A stretch of 64,000 nt of DNA from Christensenella sp. UBA7588 (lineage in GTDB: Bacteria; Bacillota; Clostridia; Christensenellales; CAG-917): contig DLKM01000026.1 in NCBI GenBank assembly GCA_002478945.1, positions 348 to 64,347 of the forward strand. Reading direction: 5' to 3'. Both the position numbers and the translations under genes were made by a program. Under the pieces are notes generated by a model, which worked only from the letters and a program-made list of their open reading frames with translations, had not been told where the DNA came from and did no database searches. This document shows positions 54,950 through 64,000 of this stretch, in pieces (the first letter of the stretch is position 1; each line of letters opens with the position of its first letter).

Positions 54950-57391
54950 TTAATAATCTTCTCCCTCGTTCACGGGGGTAACGAGCGTAACTTCCTGTTT
55001 GAACAGTTGCTTGCCTTTTGTCGTTCTCGTATCGATACGAATATCCTCCGTATTTACGATATTCGTCTTTCCGCCGCTGACGAAAGCGAGGTCGTAAGGC
55101 ATTTTGACCGTTCCGACGTATTTTACGAACGATTTGTCAAGCTCGATAATCTTTATACCTTTGAGGTATCTCGACGACGGGTCTATAAGCGACGAAATAA
55201 CTCTCTTTGCATAACCCGTATTTGAGCATACGATAATCTCGCCTTCTTCTTCGACCTGACCGCCGAACACCACGCTGTCGTTGTCGTTGAGTTTTATACC
55301 CTTAACGCCCGCCGCCGTACGTCCTTGAAGCGGAATCTCGGTTGCCTTGTACACGAGTACTTGTCCATCGGCGGTAACTTCCATAACGTTCTTTTCGTCG
55401 TCAACGACTTCGCATCCGATAACTTCGTCTTTGTCTGCAAGATTGATTGCTTTAAGGTAAGCTTTATTGACGGACGTGAACTCCGACAAATCCACTCTCT
55501 TTGCGCCGCCTTGTTTTGTAAACAACACGAGTTCTCCGACAGGCACGCCGTCAAAGAAAATCAGTTTGACGACCTTTTCTCCCGTTTGCACGTCTTGGTT
55601 TATCGAACCGAGTTTGAACGCTTTTTCTTTGAATTTCTTTTCGGGCAAAGACGTAACGTCGATTTTCACTATATTGCCCAAATTGGTCGCGGCGTACAAA
55701 TTGCCCTTATTATTCACGCTCAACCATTGTAGCGGCAGATTATCTTCCGTAAGTCCGCTCATATCCTTCTTTGCGGTTGAAAACGCCTTTTGAGACATAA
55801 AGCGCAGTTGTCCTTCGCTGTTGGTTACGATAACTCCGTCGCGATACGCAACGGCTTCCGCCTCGCTCGGCGCGCTGTAATCGCCTTCTTGTTCGTCGCT
55901 GTCGAGTATTACGCTCATACGCTCGGAATTGAGGGCTTTCTTGATTGCAAGCAATTCGTCTTTGACGATGGTGTATTGTCTGCGTCTCGACGCAAGTATG
56001 GCTTCGAAAAGCGCAATCTGTTTTTCGAGATGCGCAAGTTCTTCTTCGAGTTTGCCCACCTCGAGTTTTGCAAGGCTCTTAAGACGCATATCGAGTATCG
56101 CTTGCGCCTGTGCGTCGCTTAAATCGAATCTCGCTCTCAAAGTCTCCTTTGCTTTTGCGGTAGATTCCGACTCTTTGATTATGCGGATAACTTCGTCTAT
56201 GTTCCTTATCGCAACGAGAAGCCCTCTCACGATTTCCGCTCTTGCTTTTGCCGCTTTCAAGTCGAAATTCGTGCGATTGACGATAATCTTGCGCTGATAT
56301 TCGATGTAATAATCGAGATACGCGGTAAGGCTCAACTGCTCGGGCTTTCCGTTTGCGATTGCAACCATATTTATCGAGTATCCCATCTCGAGATTGCTCT
56401 TTTTGAAAAGGAAAGAAATTATTTTGTTGACGTCGGCGTCTCGTTTGCACTTGATGACGGCGCGAGTACCCGACTTATCGCTTTCGTCCACGATTTCGGA
56501 TATGCCCGCAAGCGCGTCTTTGTTGGCTTCTTTGAGGTCTGCTATACGAGAAAGCAATTCCGCTTTGGAAACCTGATACGGAATTTCGGTTATTACGACG
56601 TTTTTCTTGCCGTTGTCGTCGTTTTCTATATGCAGACGGGAGCGAATCTTAATTCTGCCCTTGCCCGTCTCGTATATGCTTTCGAGGCTGTCCACGGGAA
56701 TAATAAACGCCCCCGTGGGGAAATCGGGTCCGTGGAACACTTTGAACAAGTCTTTAACCGTCGCATTGGGATTGTCTATCTTATAAACCGTAGCGTCTAT
56801 ACACTCTCCCATATTGTGAGTGGGAATGTTGGTCGCAAGACCGACCGCTATACCGTTTGCGCCGTTTACGAGCAAGTTCGGGAAACGTCCGGGCAGAGTC
56901 GTAGGTTCTTCGAGGCTGTCGTCGAAGTTGGGAGTCCAGCTCACGGTCTCTTTGTCCAAATCTCTCAAAAGCTCGAGTGCCAAAGGACTCATTCTCGCTT
57001 CCGTATAACGCATCGCGGCGGCGGAATCTCCGTCGATAGAGCCGAAGTTGCCGTGTCCGTCGACAAGTTTCATTCTCATAGAGAACGGTTGCGCCATACG
57101 CACCATTGCGCCGTAAACGGAACTGTCTCCGTGCGGATGGTATTTGCCGAGGCAATCTCCGACGATTCTCGCGCACTTTTTGTGCGGTTTATCGGGCGTC
57201 AAGCCCATTTCGTGCATCGAATAAAGCACTCTGCGCTGAACGGGTTTCAATCCGTCCTCCACTCTCGGCAACGCGCGGTCGAGAATGACGTTTTCCGAAT
57301 ACGGAATCATCGAATTGTGCATCACGTCCTCAAAGACGGTATCGAGCACAACCGAATTAAACTCGATTTCTTTGTGTTGTTTTTTTGCCAT
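54950..57391 (-). CDS. parC: Type IIA topoisomerase subunit A (more ParC-like than GyrA-like)
   Basis: [10 protein letters not shown] active-site region. LKPVQRR has the Q typical of ParC, where GyrA usually has H. I found no QRRGGKG-type GyrA box in the C-terminal domain. Confidence 0.6.
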   Translation of the reverse strand: MAKKQHKEIEFNSVVLDTVFEDVMHNSMIPYSENVILDRALPRVEDGLKPVQRRVLYSMHEMGLTPDKPHKKCARIVGDCLGKYHPHGDSSVYGAMVRMAQPFSMRMKLVDGHGNFGSIDGDSAAAMRYTEARMSPLALELLRDLDKETVSWTPNFDDSLEEPTTLPGRFPNLLVNGANGIAVGLATNIPTHNMGECIDATVYKIDNPNATVKDLFKVFHGPDFPTGAFIIPVDSLESIYETGKGRIKIRSRLHIENDDNGKKNVVITEIPYQVSKAELLSRIADLKEANKDALAGISEIVDESDKSGTRAVIKCKRDADVNKIISFLFKKSNLEMGYSINMVAIANGKPEQLSLTAYLDYYIEYQRKIIVNRTNFDLKAAKARAEIVRGLLVAIRNIDEVIRIIKESESTAKAKETLRARFDLSDAQAQAILDMRLKSLAKLEVGKLEEELAHLEKQIALFEAILASRRRQYTIVKDELLAIKKALNSERMSVILDSDEQEGDYSAPSEAEAVAYRDGVIVTNSEGQLRFMSQKAFSTAKKDMSGLTEDNLPLQWLSVNNKGNLYAATNLGNIVKIDVTSLPEKKFKEKAFKLGSINQDVQTGEKVVKLIFFDGVPVGELVLFTKQGGAKRVDLSEFTSVNKAYLKAINLADKDEVIGCEVVDDEKNVMEVTADGQVLVYKATEIPLQGRTAAGVKGIKLNDNDSVVFGGQVEEEGEIIVCSNTGYAKRVISSLIDPSSRYLKGIKIIELDKSFVKYVGTVKMPYDLAFVSGGKTNIVNTEDIRIDTRTTKGKQLFKQEVTLVTPVNEGEDY

Positions 57392-57474
57392 AGTTTTCTA
57401 CCCTACAATGTATTATTGTTGGTTTTCACAACAAACTGTGATTATTTATAAATTTCTCCACCCTGAATAGAGTC

Positions 57475-57750
57475 TTAATAGAGTGCATTATACCACTCTA
57501 AATGCAACTTTCCCCCTCTTTCCGGACACGCCGGTATTTCTCCCACCACTCGGTTAGTGACATTTCTCTACAATATTATTCATCGCTCGTGGGGGCGACA
57601 CTCGGCACTCACATAGATAGGTATCGTTCACTTGTTATGTCACTCGTTCGCAAACGAAAGAACAACACTCGTTTGCTCACTTGTACTATCCGTCAAGTTC
57701 GGCGCTCAATCGCTCGCCGCCTTGCGGCTCGAAATCACGCCTTCGAAAGA
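57475..57750 (+). repeat. Dispersed structured intergenic element, copy D (between the topoisomerase B and A genes)
   Basis: The left half matches copy A (TTAATAGAGTGC...CCCCCTCTTTCCGGACACGCCGGTATTTCTCCCACCACTCG). The right half matches copy B (CTCGGCACTCACATAGATAGGTATCGTTCACTTGTTATG.CAC TCGTTCGC.AACGA...). Confidence 0.9.
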
Positions 57751-57764
57751 ATTTAGCGACAAAT

Positions 57765-59744
57765 CTATTGTTCGTCCTCTTTTTGGACTTTAAAGTTGTC
57801 TACTTTGTTGAAATCGGCGTATTTGTAGATGTAATCTTTTCTTATATTACTGTCGTCGCCCATAAGAATGGTTATACGCTTGTCCGCCATTGCGGCGTCG
57901 TCTATCGTAACCCTCGTAAGAGTACGCTTCGCTGGGTCCATAGTCGTATCCCAAAGTTGTTCGGGATTCATTTCTCCGAGACCTTTGAAGCGTTGAAGAA
58001 GCGCGTTTTTACCCATCTTCTTTTGTCCTTCCACAAGAGCGTTGTCATCGTAGCAATATAGTATTTCGTCTTTCTTTTGCAGACGATAAAGCGGAGGCAT
58101 ACCGATATAAACGTGTCCCTCGGTTATCAACTGTCTCATATAGCGGAAGAAGAACGTAAGGAGCAACGCTCTGATATGCGCGCCGTCTTGGTCCGCGTCG
58201 GCAAGAATGATAACCTTGTCGTATTTGAGGCTTTCCATATCGAAAGACGGGTCTATTCCCGTGCCGAGCGCACTGATAAGCGTTGCGAATTCTTCGTTTG
58301 CGAGAATCTTTTCAAGGCTTGCTTTTTCCACGTTGAGCGGCTTTCCTCTTAGCGGCAAAATCGCTTGGAAGAATCTGTCTCTCGCTTGCTTTGCGCTGCC
58401 GCCTGCCGAATCGCCCTCGACGATAAACAGCTCGTTAATGGCGGTATTCTTGCCAGAGCAACTTGCGAGTTTTCCGACAAGATTAAGTCCGTTGAGCTTG
58501 TTTTGCTGACGGCTCAAATCTTTTGCGCGTTTTGCGGCTTCTCTCGTTTTTGCCGCGCCCATTGCCTTTGCGATAATCTTTTCCGCAATAGCCTTGTTAC
58601 CTCTTTGCAAAAGCAAATCCGCGAGTTTTTCGCTGACTAGATTTTCGACTTTGGGACGCACTTCGGGATTGCCGAGTTTGCCTTTCGTCTGTCCCTCGAA
58701 TTGAACGTTTTGCATCTTTACGGTTACGACTGCAACCATACCCTCTCTAAAGTCCTCGCCCAAAAGATTGGCTTGCTTTTCTTTGAGTATATTGTTTTTG
58801 CGCGCGTAATCGTTGAATACTTTTGTAATCGCGCTCTTAAAGCCCACTTCGTGCGTGCCGCCTTCCGCCGTGGGAATATTGTTGACGTACGAGTAAATAT
58901 TTTCCGAATAACCTTCGGTGTGTTGAATTGCCACTTCGACCTCGAAATGGTCCTCTTTGGCCTCGACGTACAACGGCTTGTCGTACAACACCACTCTACC
59001 TTCGTTGAGATACTGGACGTAATCGGCAATACCGCCTTTATAGCAGAACACGTCGTGTTTGCCCGTGCCGCCCTCGAGAGGCATACGCAAATCGTCAATG
59101 ATAATCGTAACGCCCTTGTTGAGATACGCAACGTCACGCATACGCTCGGCAATAGTGCCGTAATCGAATTTTTCTTTGCCGAAAACTCTCTCGTCGGGTT
59201 TGAATTTTACGGAAGTACCCGTGCCTTTAACTTTGCCGATAACGGTAAGCGGAGTTTTTACGATACCGCTTTTGATTTTCGTACCGACCTGCGGAGACCA
59301 AAATTCCGCTCTGTAAAGATTGCCGTCACGCTTGACGTCAACCGTAAGCCATTCGGACAAAGCGTTGGTAACCGACGCGCCTACGCCGTGCAAACCGCCC
59401 GAATAATTGTATTGTCCGTTGTCGAATTTCGCGCCGGCGTGCAACTGCGTGTATACCACTTCGACGCCGCTGATTTTGAGCTTCGGATGCTTGTCGACAG
59501 GCACGCCTCTGCCGTTGTCGCTCACTCTTGCGACGTTATCGTCCAAGAGTTCGATACGCACGGTGTCTCCGTATCCGTTAGCAGCTTCGTCGATACTGTT
59601 GTCGATGATTTCCCAAAGAATATGGTGCATACCCTTGCTACCAGTCGTACCGATGTACATACCGGGGCGTTTTCTCACGGCGTCAAGCCCTTCGAGAATG
59701 CGTATGTCGCCTGCCTTGTAATTGTTGTAATCTTGATTTGCCAT
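57765..59744 (-). CDS. parE: Type IIA topoisomerase subunit B (GyrB/ParE)
   Basis: GHKL ATPase motif EIIDNSIDEA, Toprim EGDSAGGSAKQARD and PLRGK. Confidence 0.6.
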   Translation of the reverse strand: MANQDYNNYKAGDIRILEGLDAVRKRPGMYIGTTGSKGMHHILWEIIDNSIDEAANGYGDTVRIELLDDNVARVSDNGRGVPVDKHPKLKISGVEVVYTQLHAGAKFDNGQYNYSGGLHGVGASVTNALSEWLTVDVKRDGNLYRAEFWSPQVGTKIKSGIVKTPLTVIGKVKGTGTSVKFKPDERVFGKEKFDYGTIAERMRDVAYLNKGVTIIIDDLRMPLEGGTGKHDVFCYKGGIADYVQYLNEGRVVLYDKPLYVEAKEDHFEVEVAIQHTEGYSENIYSYVNNIPTAEGGTHEVGFKSAITKVFNDYARKNNILKEKQANLLGEDFREGMVAVVTVKMQNVQFEGQTKGKLGNPEVRPKVENLVSEKLADLLLQRGNKAIAEKIIAKAMGAAKTREAAKRAKDLSRQQNKLNGLNLVGKLASCSGKNTAINELFIVEGDSAGGSAKQARDRFFQAILPLRGKPLNVEKASLEKILANEEFATLISALGTGIDPSFDMESLKYDKVIILADADQDGAHIRALLLTFFFRYMRQLITEGHVYIGMPPLYRLQKKDEILYCYDDNALVEGQKKMGKNALLQRFKGLGEMNPEQLWDTTMDPAKRTLTRVTIDDAAMADKRITILMGDDSNIRKDYIYKYADFNKVDNFKVQKEDEQ

Positions 59745-59775
59745 TTATAAACCTACATAGGATAATAATATAATG

Positions 59776-59804
59776 ATTGTACCACAAGATATTGTTTTTT
59801 TCAA
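59776..59804 (-). promoter_or_regulatory. Sigma-A-type promoter for the topoisomerase B gene
   Basis: Minus strand reads TTGAAA-17 nt-TACAAT with TGG upstream of the -10 element, between element copy E and the start codon. Confidence 0.6.
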
Positions 59805-59871
59805 GGAAAATCGGAAACAAATATACTTAACAAATAATAAAAATAAATTCTGTATTTTCAAAATTACTTTT

Positions 59872-60118
59872 AATGCAAGTTTCCCCCTTCCTCAGGTGTT
59901 TCCCCTATTCCGTTCCCCCTCTGCGCAATGCTTGAGGGAACCCACGGAACTGCTCCGCAGGGGGCAACACTCAGCACTCGCATAGATAGGGGCAATTCTC
60001 TAATTATGCCACGCGCTTTGTGCGCCGCTACGCAACAGAATGGCGCAGTCGCTTGTACTAATCGTCAAGCTCGGCGTTCGATTTGCTCGCCGCCTTGCGA
60101 CTCGAAACTTCGATTAAG
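59872..60118 (+). repeat. Dispersed structured intergenic element, copy E
   Basis: Near-identical to copy C: AATGCAAGTTTCCCCCTTCCTCAGGTGTTTCCCCTATTCCGTTCCCCCTCTGCGCAATGCTTGAGGGAACCCACGGAAC... Confidence 0.9.
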
Positions 60119-60130
60119 TTTCCGTTATTT

Positions 60131-60281
60131 TTTCATCAATGATTTAAGAGAGAATATCCGTCATAGAACAAGAAAGAGCCACGCTCTCGGCAACCCTAAT
60201 TTACTAATCGTAAATGAGTTGTCGAGAGTGTGGCTCTGACGCAGTTATCTGGCGGATAGTCCGCTTAAATCATTGATGAAA
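60131..60281 (+). repeat. Long-hairpin module enclosed by an 18-bp inverted repeat that includes the last 5 codons and stop of the hydrolase gene
   Basis: TTTCATCAATGATTTAAG (60131-60148) is the inverted repeat of CTTAAATCATTGATGAAA (60264-60281). The inner 16-bp stem is AGAGCCACGCTCTCGG/GTCGAGAGTGTGGCTCT (60175-60237), with the same apex as H1. Confidence 0.8.
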
Positions 60282-61182
60282 TGCGAGCAAGGAAGTCCGC
60301 ATACACTTCCCCCCTGTTAACCTCGTTCAAAATCTCGTGACGTGCGTCGGGATAGAGTTTGAGAGACAAATCTTTCACGCCGAGAGTTTTGTATTGTTCG
60401 TAGAGTTTGTTGACGAGTTTGCCGTTTCCGCCGACGGGGTCTTTGTCGCCCGAGAAAATGGCGATAGGTTTGTTGACGTCGATTTTGGCAAGATTCTCTT
60501 TCTTGTAACTCTCTTTGAGTCCGCAGAGGAAGAATTTGAAGAACGCAATGGACATAACGTTTCCGCATTGCTCGTCGAGAATGTATTTCTTGACTTGTTC
60601 TTTATCTCTGGAAAGCCACGCAAACGGAATCTTATCCGCTTTGAACGGCTTGTTGTAATTGCCGAAAGAAAGTTTGTCGAGCAACTTGCCCGTTTTTTCT
60701 CCGCCGAGGGTTTTGTACTGAAGATTCGCAACCGCCGCGCCCGTGGACAGAATCGCGCCTTTCATCATAGCCGAACCGCTGAGTACTGCTCCCGTATAAT
60801 CTTTGCATTCCTCGATATAGCGTTGTCCGACCATACTGCCGTAACTGTGACCGAGATAAATCACGGGAAGATTGTATCTGTCTTTAAGCATTTTGGTAAT
60901 TGCGCACTCGTCCTGAACGGTATCAAAATATATATTGCCTTTGTGATAGCCTTTCACACCCTTTGCGGATTGCTTCGTGCTAGTCATTCCGTGAGCGCGG
61001 TGGTCGTCCGCAAAAACGATGAAGCCGTTTTGATTGAGATAATTTGCGAAATCGTCGTATCTGCGAGCGTGTTCCGCCATACCGTGCGAGATTTGCACGA
61101 CGCCTTTTGCGTTTCTTACGTTGTCCCACAGATAGCACTGCAAAACGGTTCCGTCAAAACTTTTGAATTTTTCGGTTTTCAT
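60265..61182 (-). CDS. Alpha/beta hydrolase (lysophospholipase/monoglyceride-lipase-like)
   Basis: HGMAEH oxyanion region and GHSYGS nucleophile elbow. Start trimmed to MKTEKFKS, preceded by AAGGGG. Confidence 0.8.
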   Translation of the reverse strand: MKTEKFKSFDGTVLQCYLWDNVRNAKGVVQISHGMAEHARRYDDFANYLNQNGFIVFADDHRAHGMTSTKQSAKGVKGYHKGNIYFDTVQDECAITKMLKDRYNLPVIYLGHSYGSMVGQRYIEECKDYTGAVLSGSAMMKGAILSTGAAVANLQYKTLGGEKTGKLLDKLSFGNYNKPFKADKIPFAWLSRDKEQVKKYILDEQCGNVMSIAFFKFFLCGLKESYKKENLAKIDVNKPIAIFSGDKDPVGGNGKLVNKLYEQYKTLGVKDLSLKLYPDARHEILNEVNRGEVYADFLARISSMI

Positions 61183-61309
61183 ATACACCCCTTTTATCGC
61201 GAAAATGCGATTACGTATCAATATGCATATATTGTATCACGATAAAAAGTCGATTTCAAGATGCAAATTTACGCAACTTTATGCGTTTTGGTTTCATAAT
61301 ATAGACATT

Positions 61310-62431
61310 ATGAGTCAAAAATCGTCGATAAAGAAGCAATCCGAAAAAATAATCGTTTTCACGGGAGGCGGAACGGGCGGCCACGTCTACCCCAACCTCG
61401 CGCTTATAAACGAGTTTGAAAAACGAGGCTACAAAGCCGTATACGTCGGAGGGAAAGGAGACACAATCGAAAATCGTCTCGCTCGGGAGCGAGGCATTCC
61501 GTATCACGGCGTGAATACGATAAAGTTTGTGCGGTCGTTCGACTTCGACGCAATCAAAAACAATATCAAAATTCCTCTCACTCTCAAAAAATCGATTACC
61601 GAAACGACGGAATTGCTCAAAGCAATATCCCCCGTATGCGTTTTTTCAAAAGGCGGTTTCGTGTCGTTGCCCGTCGTATGCGCCGCAAAAAAACTCGGTT
61701 TGCCGATTTTCGCTCACGAAAGCGATTTGACGCTCGGGCTTGCCAACAAAATTGCCGCAAATAAAGGCGCAACGATTTTCAAAGCCAACCCGCATTCTAC
61801 GTTCAAAGGCGTTTTTTCGGGTATGCCGCTAAGAGACGACTTGTTCAAAAAAAGCAAAATCGACGCTTATGGCAAACTTTCTATAACAAACCCTCGAGGC
61901 AAAAACGTCTTGTTGATTCTCGGCGGTTCGTCGGGAGCAAAAGCGTTAAACGACGCGGTTATTCGCAATCTCGACGCGCTGACTCGCGATTTTGTAGTAT
62001 TGCACGTTTTCGGAAAAGACAAAACCGTAAAAATCACGCACGAGGATTATTTCGGCTTCGAATACGCAGACGATATATCGCTGTTCTACGCCGCAAGCGA
62101 CGTTGTTGTATCGAGAGCGGGCGCGACGGCGGTTTTTGAGATTTCGGCATTGCAAAAACGCGCGCTGTTCGTTCCGCTTCCCAAAGGCGTTTCCAGAGGA
62201 GACCAGATTTTCAACGCGAATCTTGCAAAAGAATACGGCGCAAACGTTCTGATACAAGACGACGACTTTGAAAGAAAATTCGTACAAGCGGTTAAAACCG
62301 TCGCTTCCGCTCCGCCTATGAAAATTATCGCAAACGACGCAAACGGAAAAATTGCGGACGTCGTGTGTGATACATTGAGGCGAGGTGAAAAATGCAAAAA
62401 CAAAAAACCATCGCCAAATGGCTTAGCGTAG
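61310..62431 (+). CDS. murG: Undecaprenyldiphospho-muramoylpentapeptide beta-N-acetylglucosaminyltransferase
   Basis: FTGGGTGGHVYP...GGSSGA...SRAGATAVFE. Start trimmed to MSQKSS. Confidence 0.85.
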   Translation: MSQKSSIKKQSEKIIVFTGGGTGGHVYPNLALINEFEKRGYKAVYVGGKGDTIENRLARERGIPYHGVNTIKFVRSFDFDAIKNNIKIPLTLKKSITETTELLKAISPVCVFSKGGFVSLPVVCAAKKLGLPIFAHESDLTLGLANKIAANKGATIFKANPHSTFKGVFSGMPLRDDLFKKSKIDAYGKLSITNPRGKNVLLILGGSSGAKALNDAVIRNLDALTRDFVVLHVFGKDKTVKITHEDYFGFEYADDISLFYAASDVVVSRAGATAVFEISALQKRALFVPLPKGVSRGDQIFNANLAKEYGANVLIQDDDFERKFVQAVKTVASAPPMKIIANDANGKIADVVCDTLRRGEKCKNKKPSPNGLA

Positions 62432-63717
62432 TACTGCTCACAACCATAGCAATCGCAAGTTATTTATTGTTGACGGCGGTCAACGACCGACCCGCGGCGG
62501 AAAACGTCGTATCGGGCGCGGAACAAACTCCGTCGCAAGAAGAAACTCCGCCTCCGCTCGTGTTTTCTTCTTTTCCGAGAAAATGCGAAAAAGTGCAAAA
62601 CGCCCTCGTCGCTCACGTCGGAGGAGGAGACGACGAGAAAGTCCTCGATTACGCTTTTTATCACGGGAAAACGCTCCTGTTTTTCTCTACTCTTTCAATA
62701 GACAGAGACGTTCGCGAAAAAGGAATTTACATAGCCGTCTTTGACGAGTTCGAACTTGAAAAAACAATAAAAATTTTCGATGAAAAACACGACTATCTCT
62801 CCTCTGCTCTCTGCGATTCGGGATTGATTGTTTTCGTAAACGGAGAGAACGCAACCAAAGCCGTTATTCTCAACGACGAGTTGCAGGTTTGCGCCGAAAA
62901 CGAGTTTGAAAAACAAGACGTAGTTATCCCCGTCGACAACGGACGAGGAAGCGAATTCGCGTGCGTAAAGAACGACGTTTTGCGTATCGTAAAAATCGAT
63001 TCTTCGCTCAATCGAACGCAAGACAACTTCGTATATTCGGGCAATTCAATCTCCGTAAAACACGCCGTTAGCATCAACGGCAAAACGATGCTGTTTATAC
63101 AAAACGACAAAGAGTTCAAAACGTTGCGTTATGAACAGAACAAGGGGTTTACAAGCACGTTTTCCGCAGATAAAAGCGAATTGTTGCAAATACTTCCGAT
63201 AATTTCAAACAATAAACAGGCTTTTGCCACGCTATGTAAAACCGACGATTCGTTGCGTCTCGACTCGTTTGACGAGGACTTGAATCACACCGCTCGATAC
63301 GTTGTGAAAAACGCGCGAAAAGGAGTGCTGTCGTTTAAGGACAACAACCTTACTCTCTTTGCGGACAAAAGCGTATACTCGTTCTGCTCCCATATAGAAT
63401 TTTTGAAAAAAATCGACGTATCGGCGGAATTTTCGTTTGATGATTACGTCGAATACTTCGGCGTTGACGGATGTCCTTATCTATTCGTCGCAAAGACGGA
63501 AAACGGTTTCGATTTGTGCCGATTTTCACAGGATAACGCAATCAAATTGACGTCGTTTTCCGCGGCTTCCCGTCCTATCGTTTTCGCTACGGGACAAGAA
63601 GAAAACACAGTCGATATTTCGTTGCTTTTCGACGCAAATTCGCAAAACGAAAACACTTATATGTGTTTTGGAAAGAACGACGCGTTCTATTTGTCGTTGA
63701 CAACGGATAAAACGTGA
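62392..63717 (+). CDS. Membrane-anchored protein, unknown function
   Basis: 441 aa with an N-terminal TM helix (WLSVVLLTTIAIASYLLL). RBS GAGGTG. Overlaps the murG end by 40 nt. Confidence 0.5.
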   Translation: MQKQKTIAKWLSVVLLTTIAIASYLLLTAVNDRPAAENVVSGAEQTPSQEETPPPLVFSSFPRKCEKVQNALVAHVGGGDDEKVLDYAFYHGKTLLFFSTLSIDRDVREKGIYIAVFDEFELEKTIKIFDEKHDYLSSALCDSGLIVFVNGENATKAVILNDELQVCAENEFEKQDVVIPVDNGRGSEFACVKNDVLRIVKIDSSLNRTQDNFVYSGNSISVKHAVSINGKTMLFIQNDKEFKTLRYEQNKGFTSTFSADKSELLQILPIISNNKQAFATLCKTDDSLRLDSFDEDLNHTARYVVKNARKGVLSFKDNNLTLFADKSVYSFCSHIEFLKKIDVSAEFSFDDYVEYFGVDGCPYLFVAKTENGFDLCRFSQDNAIKLTSFSAASRPIVFATGQEENTVDISLLFDANSQNENTYMCFGKNDAFYLSLTTDKT

Positions 63718-63731
63718 CGTATAATGACAGT

Positions 63732-64000
63732 ATGAAGAAAAAACAAGAGCAAAACGTCCAAACGTCGCAAGACGGTCAAGCGGTTCAATCTCAGCCGTAT
63801 TCCGATATGAAAGCACGCAAAATCGTGCTTATTCTCGGATTCGCTCTGACGATTGCAAGTTTCGTTGCGGCGTTGTGTTCCTCTCTGCTCTTATTCGTTC
63901 CCGGTAACGGCGCAGGTTTTTCCGCTATAAGCGCGCTTTACGTCGTCGCAATGTCTTGCGCGTTCATAGGCATCGTTTTTGCGGTGGCAGGCGCAAATAC
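63732..64000 (+). CDS. Membrane protein, N-terminal fragment (runs off the window)
   Basis: My own translation reads MKKKQEQNVQTSQDGQAVQSQPYSDMKARKIVLILGFALTIASFVAALCSSLLLFVPG... The frame is open to the window end. Confidence 0.45.
   Translation, partial: MKKKQEQNVQTSQDGQAVQSQPYSDMKARKIVLILGFALTIASFVAALCSSLLLFVPGNGAGFSAISALYVVAMSCAFIGIVFAVAGAN

Noticed and set aside
57502-57756. Plus-strand ORFs running through the repeat element copies (569-778, 31063-31320, 44444-44638, 57502-57756, 59928-60239), considered as a possible small-protein family.
   Set aside because: Related copies fall out of frame with each other after indels that are not multiples of three. For example, downstream of the central hairpin copy B reads LAHLYNPSSSALKG and copy D reads LLTCTIRQVRRSIA. 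Differences between the closest copies, C and E, are mostly non-synonymous. No RBS is present. Hairpin covariation fits a non-coding element better.

Overview
This 64-kb chromosomal window comes from a mid-GC Firmicute that looks like a spore-forming Clostridia. Support: yqfC-yqfD-phoH-pgpH-ybeY-era-yqzL-recO synteny, meso-DAP dehydrogenase, and a NifU-like/GGGtGRT gene pair. It holds about 55 protein genes, roughly four fifths on the minus strand, and most are housekeeping. These include alr, an aconitase-family hydratase, valS, tyrS, pgsA, ddh, recX, recO, era, ybeY, phoH, dnaB, pepF, a type IIA topoisomerase B/A pair, murG, smpB, secG, ppa, a heterodimeric ABC exporter, a glycerol-3-phosphate-dehydrogenase-like trio and tRNA-Leu(CAA). 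Non-routine content: (1) Five same-orientation copies of a modular, hairpin-rich 250-420 nt intergenic element, plus three related long-hairpin modules; compensatory base changes and module reassortment are visible. (2) An AT-rich ~1.7-kb islet carrying a HigB-HigA-SecB-like toxin-antitoxin-chaperone (TAC) operon with a strong promoter and operator. (3) Directly upstream of the islet, three tandem copies of the last 13 codons plus stop of the GGGtGRT gene. They differ only at synonymous positions and each has its own terminator. A fourth, AT-rich, divergent copy lies at the far edge of the islet. (4) A DnaB helicase with a 93-aa acidic tail ending in an SSB-tip-like DEDMPF. (5) Smaller oddities: MazF with no adjacent antitoxin, an in-frame RsmD-CoaD fusion, alr with a probable CTG start, a compositionally chimeric lipoprotein gene, and an unlisted yqzL-like mini-ORF. 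I saw no CRISPR array, rRNA, transposase or integrase. All calls rest on reading the sequence and ORF track by eye; no searches were run.
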